Shown here: positions 22,720-29,914 of the stretch, in pieces
Layout: each line of letters starts with the position of its first letter
Position numbering within the stretch: position 1 is the stretch's first letter
Assembly (NCBI GenBank): GCA_963707505.1
Contig: CAVPQB010000006.1
Span: forward strand, 320,001 to 384,000
DNA from: an uncultured Gemmatimonadales bacterium
Lineage (GTDB): Bacteria > Gemmatimonadota > Gemmatimonadetes > Gemmatimonadales > Gemmatimonadaceae
DNA: 64,000 nucleotides
Direction of reading: 5' to 3'
Position numbers and translations under genes: made by a program
Notes under the pieces: generated by a model
What the model was told of the DNA's origin: nothing
The model's input: only the letters and a program-made list of their open reading frames with translations
Databases searched by the model: none

Positions 22720-23130
22720 ATGCCAAAGCCACAACTGCTCGAAGTGTTTCCGAATCCTTACGCCGATCGGGACTATGAGATTCACATGGACTGTCCCGAG
22801 TTCACGTCGCTCTGTCCGCTTGGCGGGATCGAAGGCGATGCGAGTGATCTGACTGCACTCGAAGGCGGCGCTCCGGATTTCGCGACGATTCGAATCACGT
22901 ATTTTCCGGGAGATTCCTGCGTGGAGCTGAAGAGCCTCAAGCTCTATCTGTGGAGCTTCCGCAATGATGGGATCTTCTACGAGCGCGCGGTCAATCGAAT
23001 TCTGGATGATATCGTCGAGCGCGTGAAGCCGAAGTGGATGCGTGTTGTTGGTGATTTCAATCTGCGCGGCGGGATCAAGTCGGTGATCACGGCCTCCAAT
23101 GGAACCAGACCGGACACACGGAATCTCTGA
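22720..23130 (+). CDS. queF: NADPH-dependent preQ0 reductase QueF (type I)
   Basis: EFTSLCP...PDFA, QueF motif VELKSLKLYL.SFRN, and RGGI. Confidence 0.92.
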   Translation: MPKPQLLEVFPNPYADRDYEIHMDCPEFTSLCPLGGIEGDASDLTALEGGAPDFATIRITYFPGDSCVELKSLKLYLWSFRNDGIFYERAVNRILDDIVERVKPKWMRVVGDFNLRGGIKSVITASNGTRPDTRNL

Positions 23131-23136
23131 ACAGGA

Positions 23137-23649
23137 TTACATCGATCCAAGGGCGAGATCGGCACACGCGACGGGCGCGGTAGCAGACGCGGTAGTAGAC
23201 GCGGTAGCAGGCGTTGCGGGAGTCGCGACGACAGCGTAGGAAGCCGAAGGGGATAGTGTTTCCGGAATGGCGGCTTCGGCAGCGCCAGATCCATCTGCAT
23301 GGATGTTGAAGTCGGCGTATCTGTTGGTCGGACCAATGATGTTGCCCTGTGAGGCGCAACTGCCGGACCTGAGACTCCAGGCGTACGTTTCGCCCGCCAC
23401 ACTATTCTCGACCGAGATAAGGACGTGTGCCCATCCCGGAGTGGGGCTGGGCGTTACGGATGCAGCTCCGGCGATGCCAGCCGTTCCGGCACCATGTATG
23501 GCGCCGAGCCACAAGGGAGTTGGCTTGGGCGGCGGTAAAACGCCGAGTGTGTTGGGTGCATCGTAGGATTGGGCCGCGCACGCGGCACAGGCAGCTCCGA
23601 TCGCTGCTATGGCGGCAAAGTGACGAAGGACGTTGGAAACCGATGGCAT
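23137..23649 (-). CDS. Hypothetical lipoprotein with a possible degenerate Cu/Zn-SOD/CHRD-like domain
   Basis: Signal peptide with Cys. Motifs W.L.SGSC, DG.G.A and C-terminal VAC.DL. TAATCT-N7-ATG. Confidence 0.6.
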   Translation of the reverse strand: MPSVSNVLRHFAAIAAIGAACAACAAQSYDAPNTLGVLPPPKPTPLWLGAIHGAGTAGIAGAASVTPSPTPGWAHVLISVENSVAGETYAWSLRSGSCASQGNIIGPTNRYADFNIHADGSGAAEAAIPETLSPSASYAVVATPATPATASTTASATAPVACADLALGSM

Positions 23650-23725
23650 TTCGGCCAGATTAATGCAATTTCCGGGCACAGAGACCGCGACAGTCGCGTT
23701 GTCGATCAATTCAATTCAATTGTCA

Positions 23726-24109
23726 ATGCCATCCAGGTTTTTCGGACTACGCACCGTCATTTATCACGTGTCGGATCTACAGGCCGCGAAGCGATGGTAC
23801 GCGCTCGCGACGGGCATCGAGCCGTACTTCGACGAGTCATTCTACGTGGGCTTCAACATCGGTGGTTTCGAGCTGGGACTGGATCCGGATCCCGCGAGTG
23901 GCACGAGCGGAACCGGCGGGACGACGGCTTACTGGGGAGTGGAGAGTGTCGAGCGTGCTCTCGTGGATCTCGTCGGAGCAGGGGCAACGCTCAAGGCGCC
24001 GGCGACGGACGTCGGCGATGGGATTCGCGTAGCGATCGTGCTGGATCCATTCGGCAACGACCTGGGCGTCATAGAGAATCCACACTTCAAGCTGGTCGAC
24101 GTGGGCTGA
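23726..24109 (+). CDS. VOC/glyoxalase family protein
   Basis: GLRTVIY.V.DL..AK.WY, PYFDE.FYVGF.IGGFELGLDP and DPFGN..G.IENP. Confidence 0.9.
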   Translation: MPSRFFGLRTVIYHVSDLQAAKRWYALATGIEPYFDESFYVGFNIGGFELGLDPDPASGTSGTGGTTAYWGVESVERALVDLVGAGATLKAPATDVGDGIRVAIVLDPFGNDLGVIENPHFKLVDVG

Positions 24110-24120
24110 CCATCGGTGTT

Positions 24121-25350
24121 CTAGCGCGCTTCTCCTGCCGTTCCAAACATCACTCCGTGCTTCTCCGGACCGAAGTACGTCAACACTGCAATCACCACGG
24201 CAGCGCACGCGGCGACAACCGCCAGCGCATACGCGTAGTTCCCGCCATGGCTCGCAGCAAACCCCGCCTGTAACGCGGCGTTCCCCGAGGCCAGCAGATT
24301 ACCAAGCTGATACGCGAAACCCGGGAAGGTTCCGCGCACCTCGTCCGGTGACAGCTCGTTGAGATGAACCGGAATCACGCCCCACGCTCCCTGCACGGCA
24401 ACCTGCATCAGGAACGCGCCGAGCCCAAGTAAAATCGGTGTCGCGCTGAACGCCCACAATGGTATGATCGGCAACGCGATCAGCGCTCCAAACACGATAG
24501 CCTTTCTTCGTCCGATGCGCTGCGACAGTGCACCAAACGCGAGACCACCGGTTATCGCCCCGACGTTGCCGATGATCGACACGATACTCACCGTGTGCGT
24601 CGTGAACTTGTGCTGGATCTGCAAGAAGGCCGGATACAGATCCTGTGTGCCGTGACTGAACAGATTGAACGCGGTCATGAGCACGACCACGTAGATGAAC
24701 AACGGCCAGCGCTTCTTCAACACGCTCATCAGACTCTGCGTCGGCCGCTCGCGCATCCTGTTCCACGCCGGCGATTCCTGCACATTGCGGCGAATGAACA
24801 ACACCAGCAACGCCGGCAACACGCCGACCATGAACATGCCGCGCCAGCCGATACGATCGAACAACAAGCCGTACACAACAGACGCGAGCAGATAACCGAA
24901 CGGATATCCAGTCTGAAGAATCCCCGACGCTATCCCGCGTGCCTTCGGTGGAATGGTCTCCATGGTGAGCGATGCGCCGAGTCCCCACTCGCCGCCCATC
25001 GCGAATCCGAATGCCGTACGCAACACCAGCAGTGCAACGATCGATGGTGCAAATGCCGACGCGAATTCCAGTATCGAGAACAGCAGGATATCGATCATCA
25101 ACACCGGTCTGCGGCCAAACCTGTCGGCCAACATCCCGAACACGAGGGCTCCAGCGGGGCGCGCAGCGAGCGTCAACGTTATCGCAACCGCGACGGCCTT
25201 GATATCAGTCCCGAACTCCTTCGCGATGGCGCCCAGCATGAACACCATGAGGAAGAAATCGAACGCGTCGAGAGTCCAGCCGAGGAAGCTCGCGATGAGC
25301 GCGCTCCGCTGGTTACGATCAAACTCCTTCCACTCGCTCATCACGCTCAT
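24121..25350 (-). CDS. MFS transporter, sialate:H+ symporter (NanT/Jen1-like) family
   Basis: FLGWTLDAFDFF, ADRFGRR, AMGGEWG, SHGTQDLYP and HLNELSP..RG.FPG.AYQLGNL. ATGA overlap with the regulator stop. Confidence 0.9.
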   Translation of the reverse strand: MSVMSEWKEFDRNQRSALIASFLGWTLDAFDFFLMVFMLGAIAKEFGTDIKAVAVAITLTLAARPAGALVFGMLADRFGRRPVLMIDILLFSILEFASAFAPSIVALLVLRTAFGFAMGGEWGLGASLTMETIPPKARGIASGILQTGYPFGYLLASVVYGLLFDRIGWRGMFMVGVLPALLVLFIRRNVQESPAWNRMRERPTQSLMSVLKKRWPLFIYVVVLMTAFNLFSHGTQDLYPAFLQIQHKFTTHTVSIVSIIGNVGAITGGLAFGALSQRIGRRKAIVFGALIALPIIPLWAFSATPILLGLGAFLMQVAVQGAWGVIPVHLNELSPDEVRGTFPGFAYQLGNLLASGNAALQAGFAASHGGNYAYALAVVAACAAVVIAVLTYFGPEKHGVMFGTAGEAR

Positions 25351-26027
25351 CCGAGCAGGTCGAACCTCACTCCACGCCGTGCTCGGCGACGTTTTCTGGG
25401 ACCGTACCTGAAGAGTTGCGCTGGGCGGCCGCGACCCTCGCTGCGCCATTCATCGGTCGGCTCGACGAGCGCGGCGGCAGTGAGCGCGCGACGGAAGCTC
25501 GCCTTGTGCAGGCGCCGTCCAAGCAGCAGCTCGTACATGTGCTGCAGCTCGCTCAACGTGAACGTCGCCGGTAACAACTTGAAGGCGACCGGATACAGGT
25601 CCAACCGATCGCGGACAGCGTTCACGGACTCCTGCAGCATCTGACTCTGGCGCGCACTGAGCGGCGGAAGATCGCTCAGGAGAAACCACTGGAACTCATC
25701 ACCCTGCACCGTCGCCTCGCCCATTGGAACGAGCGCGACGTACACGATCGACAGATCGGATTCGCCAGGATGCGGACCGTCGCTGAAAGCGCCGACCTGT
25801 GTGCTCCAGATCGACGCGCCACCTGCGCTGCGCTTGATCGTGCGCTGTGCAAGATCGTCGAGCCCCTCGCCATTCCGCGACGCACTCCACGGAAGTACCC
25901 AGCGCACAGACTTCTCTCGACCTTCGCTGCGCTGCTCGAGCAACACCGCGAGCTGGTTGTCGCGTGGAGTAAGTGCGACTACGTCAACGGTGTAATGCTG
26001 ACGTTTCACCCGGGGCTCTCTGGTCAC
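25347..26027 (-). CDS. NrtR-family regulator (degenerate Nudix domain plus winged helix)
   Basis: C-terminal LLP.TFTL.ELQ..YE.LLG..L.K..FRR and GRPA.LFR. N-terminal TVDVV and W.LP, without an intact Nudix box. Confidence 0.88.
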   Translation of the reverse strand: MTREPRVKRQHYTVDVVALTPRDNQLAVLLEQRSEGREKSVRWVLPWSASRNGEGLDDLAQRTIKRSAGGASIWSTQVGAFSDGPHPGESDLSIVYVALVPMGEATVQGDEFQWFLLSDLPPLSARQSQMLQESVNAVRDRLDLYPVAFKLLPATFTLSELQHMYELLLGRRLHKASFRRALTAAALVEPTDEWRSEGRGRPAQLFRYGPRKRRRARRGVRFDLLG

Positions 26028-26032
26028 GCAGC

Positions 26033-26062
26033 ATATTAGTCACATATTGTAACTAATGTCAA
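26033..26062 (-). promoter_or_regulatory. sigma70-type promoter overlapped by a 23-bp palindromic operator
   Basis: Minus strand reads TTGACA-N18-TAATAT-N5-GTG. Palindrome ATTAGTCACATATTGTAACTAAT at 26035-26057. Confidence 0.75.
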
Positions 26063-26113
26063 GGATGGAATGCGAATGCCTTGTGACAACTTCGTTGCTG
26101 GTGATATACGACT

Positions 26114-27928
26114 TCAGGGAGTGATGGTCAACCCGTCGCCGCGCTTCGCGACTGGCGGTATTGTGATCGGAAGATGGCCGGATGCAGGCAAGAGGCCAGT
26201 TATTACTTGAGCTGCCGATTGCTGGCTGGCGTTCGCACCATCCCATCCCACGACGTAGGTAGGAGTGCTGGGAATCTGTGAAAGCAGATAGGGGTTTCCG
26301 AACGAAACCACCACAACCTTGCGGCCCCTGGCGACAAGACCGGAGAGCCAATCAGCGAACGCCTGTGGCGCATCGACACTCGTGACGTTCCAGCTCTGCC
26401 CTACATATGATGAGACGACGGTCACATCTGCGGAGTCGGCCATCGCTGCAAGACGAGGATAGTTGACGGCTGGATCGTCCGACATGACGAATTCCGCACG
26501 CGTCGCAGGCGCCAGTCTGGCGAGCGCGGCGTTGAAGATCTGGCCAGCGCCGAGGTCTGTACGACGCGCAACGGTCACCGAAAGGACCTTCGTGTTTGCA
26601 GAAAGCTTGAGCGGCAACAAGTGCGACGAATCGCGAACGACTGTTATCGATCTGTTCGCTGCCTGCTGTGCCAGCGCGAGATGCGCGCTGTCGCCCACCG
26701 TGGCGCGCAGCGAATCGAGGTTCGCGAAACGGTCGCGGTCGAGCTTCAGCTTGCGCTTCATGGCGAGTATGCGCCTCGCCGACTCCGATACGCGAGTCTC
26801 GCTGTAACGTCCCTCGCTTACTCCAGCGATCACCGCGTCGATCGCCGCAGGAACGTCGAGGGGCTGGATCAGCACGTCGACGCCGGCTGCTACAGCACGC
26901 TTGATCGCTTCCGTCGAGCCGTACTTGTCGGTCACGCCCTTCATGTCCATGGCATCGGAGATGACGAGTCCGTTGAATCCCAGCTCCTTGCGTAGCAGTC
27001 CGGTTACCACGTTCGACGAGAGCGTTCCTGGCGCGCCGCTGCTATCGAGCGCTGGCATGGAGCCGTGGAATGTCATCACTGCGCCGACTCCGGCCTTGAT
27101 CGCGGCGCGGAACGGGACCAGCTCCACCGTATCGAGCCGAGCTCGGCTCACGTTCACGATCGGGAGGGCGAGGTGAGAGTTGGTCTCAGTGTCGCCGTGC
27201 CCCGGGAAGTGTTTCGCCGTGGCGATCATCCCGTTGTCCTGCAATCCGTGTATGAAGGAGACGCCGAGCCGCGCGACCTCATGCGGGTCCTCACCGTATG
27301 AGCGGGTGTTGATGACGGGGTTCGCCGGATTGTTGTTGACGTCCAGGACCGGGGAAAAGTCGATGTGGATACCGAGTGCGCGGCCCTCGATGGCGGTGAC
27401 CCGTCCTTCGGTGTACGTGAGCGCCGTGTCATTCGCCGCGCCGTATGCCATCTCTGATGGAAAGACCGTGGCGCCGCCGAGGTCGATACCGTTGGGGACG
27501 AAGTAGCCGCCGCGCGCACGCATGCCTGCGCCCGTTTCGAGGTCGGCGCCGACCAGCAGCGGAAGGGCGCTCATGCGCTGGAGCGTGTTGAGCTTGACCG
27601 CCATCTCGATGGGTGATCCGATGGACATCAGGATCCCGCCCACCTTTTGATCGGTGACATACGACGTGACCTTGCGCCAGGTCGCCGCATCGGTCGGTAC
27701 GTAGTCGGCGTAGATGTTGGGCCAGACCATCTGGGCAGCGCGATCCTTCAGCGTCATGGTGGTCAGAACCGAGTCAGCCCACCGATTGGCGTCAGATTCG
27801 ACCGCTGACCGCGAGTTGCCGGCCGCCTGCGCGGCGGCGGACGAGATTGGCGTCGCGAGCGGGCACAGCGCGGCGGTAGCCGCGAACATGGCGGCTCTCA
27901 GATGGTTGGTCGCATGTCTCGAATGCAT
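26114..27928 (-). CDS. GH3 beta-N-acetylglucosaminidase-like glycoside hydrolase
   Basis: P.LDVNNNP.NPVINTRS.GE, KHFPGHG, LGF.GL.ISDAMDM and a C-terminal domain FGNPY. Signal peptide present. Confidence 0.92.
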   Translation of the reverse strand: MHSRHATNHLRAAMFAATAALCPLATPISSAAAQAAGNSRSAVESDANRWADSVLTTMTLKDRAAQMVWPNIYADYVPTDAATWRKVTSYVTDQKVGGILMSIGSPIEMAVKLNTLQRMSALPLLVGADLETGAGMRARGGYFVPNGIDLGGATVFPSEMAYGAANDTALTYTEGRVTAIEGRALGIHIDFSPVLDVNNNPANPVINTRSYGEDPHEVARLGVSFIHGLQDNGMIATAKHFPGHGDTETNSHLALPIVNVSRARLDTVELVPFRAAIKAGVGAVMTFHGSMPALDSSGAPGTLSSNVVTGLLRKELGFNGLVISDAMDMKGVTDKYGSTEAIKRAVAAGVDVLIQPLDVPAAIDAVIAGVSEGRYSETRVSESARRILAMKRKLKLDRDRFANLDSLRATVGDSAHLALAQQAANRSITVVRDSSHLLPLKLSANTKVLSVTVARRTDLGAGQIFNAALARLAPATRAEFVMSDDPAVNYPRLAAMADSADVTVVSSYVGQSWNVTSVDAPQAFADWLSGLVARGRKVVVVSFGNPYLLSQIPSTPTYVVGWDGANASQQSAAQVITGLLPASGHLPITIPPVAKRGDGLTITP

Positions 27929-28230
27929 GAAGTCAAAGGTAATTGCCAGCGAAGTCGCCGGAAAACATCGCCGACCACTGTGGCACTCGCGCAACAGATG
28001 GCGCTGTTTTGGCCGTGTGGTGCCACACTTTCCGTGGCCGGGCCGTCGTGAATCGGAGCGTTTTCGGTACTTTCGGCGACTTTCGTTACTCAATCCGCCA
28101 ATTTGTTGATGCGCGATGTAGAATCCAGGACTATTATACTCGTAACTTTTTGTTTTCAGCTCGTGGCCCAGAGTGTGTTTGCTGGAACGCGACGGTCGGC
28201 GCTGCGCGCTCTTTTGGCCATTTGGTTCAT

Positions 28231-29118
28231 ATGAAGCACCATAAACTCACGGTAGGATCATTAGCGGTACTTCTCGTTGCTGCCTTTTCGGCTGCTACGT
28301 CAGTATCCGCGCAGGCCGTGAGGCGTGATACCGTACCACGCGCGGCTCAGAAGCCGGTCGTGCGGGCAGCGTCCGTCGATTCGCTGGTCGAGTGCTCGCC
28401 GGTCGCGGCTCCAGTCAAGAAGAAGCCGGCGTTGCGGCGCAAGGCTCCAGTCCGCAAGGTGGCTTCGAACGTGGCACCCAAGCCGAAGCCGACGACAACT
28501 AGCAACGCGCACCGTCCGGTAGTACGTCGCGCGCGTCGTGTCGCTCCCAAGGCCAAGCCAGCTGCCGCTCATTCGACGACCGTCGTCATGTGCCGTCCGG
28601 TGCGTCCGGCGCCGGCGCTCGCCGAGGGCACGCCAACTGAGCAGTCGGTGATTCCAGTGCCGCAGCTCGCCACGGCGACGCCGCCTGCAACGCCGGTTGC
28701 CGACGAAGAGGGGCCGCCGATTTTCGTATCGACGGCGCCGGGAATGCCAATGGCTGCGGCTGGTGGCGGGCGGTCCTGGCTGCCGTTCGGGCTCGTTCCC
28801 GCGATCTTCATCCCGTTCGTTCACAACGGAAAGACCCACAACGGGACTACGACGCCGATCGACACCACGACGACGAAACCGCCGGTGGATACGACCGCGA
28901 CGCCACCGGATACAACGACGAAGACGCCACCCGACACGACGAAGACGCCAGGTACCCCGCCAGACACGACGCCAGTGATTCCGCCGCCGGGCGACACTGT
29001 ACCGGTTATTCCTCCGGTCGTACCCCCCACAACTGTGCCGGAGCCGGGTACACTGGTGTTGCTGGGATCAGGGTTGCTGGGACTGGCGGGGGTAGTACAG
29101 CGCAGGCGTAAGAAGTAG
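28231..29118 (+). CDS. PEP-CTERM sorting domain protein, low complexity
   Basis: Signal peptide. C-terminus VPEPGTLVLLGSGLLGLAGVVQRRRKK. PPDTT repeats. Confidence 0.9.
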   Translation: MKHHKLTVGSLAVLLVAAFSAATSVSAQAVRRDTVPRAAQKPVVRAASVDSLVECSPVAAPVKKKPALRRKAPVRKVASNVAPKPKPTTTSNAHRPVVRRARRVAPKAKPAAAHSTTVVMCRPVRPAPALAEGTPTEQSVIPVPQLATATPPATPVADEEGPPIFVSTAPGMPMAAAGGGRSWLPFGLVPAIFIPFVHNGKTHNGTTTPIDTTTTKPPVDTTATPPDTTTKTPPDTTKTPGTPPDTTPVIPPPGDTVPVIPPVVPPTTVPEPGTLVLLGSGLLGLAGVVQRRRKK

Positions 29119-29140
29119 AGGCAGCAAGCTCAGAGAGTCT

Positions 29141-29169
29141 CCAGCCTGCTTTCGCGGGGATGACGAGTC
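29141..29169 (-). repeat. Single degenerate family A REP
   Basis: CTGCTTTCGCGGGGATGACGAGTC, between convergent genes. Confidence 0.6.
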
Positions 29170-29179
29170 TTCCCGCGCC

Positions 29180-29752
29180 CTACAGCAATCGCGTTTCGAT
29201 CCGCCGGTCCGGGACCAGCCAGATGAGTGCGACGGTGGCGTAGATGGCATCGGCGATCCAGGGGCGCACGAAGGCCAGTGCGATTCCTGACGCGTAGAGC
29301 AGCAGCGACGTGAGGCCTTTCGTGTCCTGTCCGATAGCCATGGCGAGCCGCGAGTCTCGTCCTTCTTCTCTTATTATCGCGGTCTGAAGAATCGTGTACG
29401 ACAGCGCGGCCATGATGAGCACAGCACCGTACAGCACCGTTGGCACCGACCTTTCGTAGTTTCGGCCCATCCATGCGGTGACGAACGGGACGAGCGAGAG
29501 CCAGAACAGCAGATGCAGATTGGCCCACAGGATTGCGCCGTTGACGCTATCCGTTGCCTGGAGCATGTGGTGGTGATTGTTCCAGTAGATGCCGAGGTAT
29601 ATGAAGCTCAGCACGTACGTGAGCACCGATGGAATGATCGGTCTGAGCGCAGCCCAGTCGTAGCCTACCGGCGGGTGCAGCTCGAGGATCATTATCGTTA
29701 TCAGAATCGCGACGACTCCGTCGCTGAACGCTTCCATGCGGTGCTTGTCCAA
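29180..29752 (-). CDS. TMEM175 family channel protein
   Basis: R.EAFSDGV.AI.ITIM.LEL, YWNNHHH and LF.LSL.PF.T. TTG start with SD GAGGA. Confidence 0.92.
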   Translation of the reverse strand: MDKHRMEAFSDGVVAILITIMILELHPPVGYDWAALRPIIPSVLTYVLSFIYLGIYWNNHHHMLQATDSVNGAILWANLHLLFWLSLVPFVTAWMGRNYERSVPTVLYGAVLIMAALSYTILQTAIIREEGRDSRLAMAIGQDTKGLTSLLLYASGIALAFVRPWIADAIYATVALIWLVPDRRIETRLL

Positions 29753-29797
29753 GAAAGTGTTCCTCGCTCGTCGATCGCAGGAGAGCTGTGCAGGTGT

Positions 29798-29911
29798 CGT
29801 CATTCCCGCGAACGCGGGAATCCATCTGTTGCCGATCAGCTGTTGGGGCGACGCATGCGTCGCCCCTGCTACAGATCGATAATATGGATTCCCGCGTTCG
29901 CGGGAATGACG
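29798..29911. repeat. REPIN-like element (family A) with a nested GTAG-type palindrome
   Basis: Arms at 29798-29825 and 29884-29911. Perfect internal palindrome GGGGCGACGCATGCGTCGCCCC at 29845-29866. Confidence 0.9.
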
Positions 29912-29914
29912 GGG

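Noticed and set aside
23177..23212. 12-bp tandem GCGGTAG(C/T)AG(A/G)C, three copies
   Set aside because: An in-frame Thr/Ala/Ser linker expansion within the lipoprotein, with no sign of a separate function.
27930..28230. sigma54 promoter expected upstream of the PEP-CTERM gene
   Set aside because: Only a weak GG-N10-GC at 28000-28013 without the TTGC consensus, so it is not supportable.
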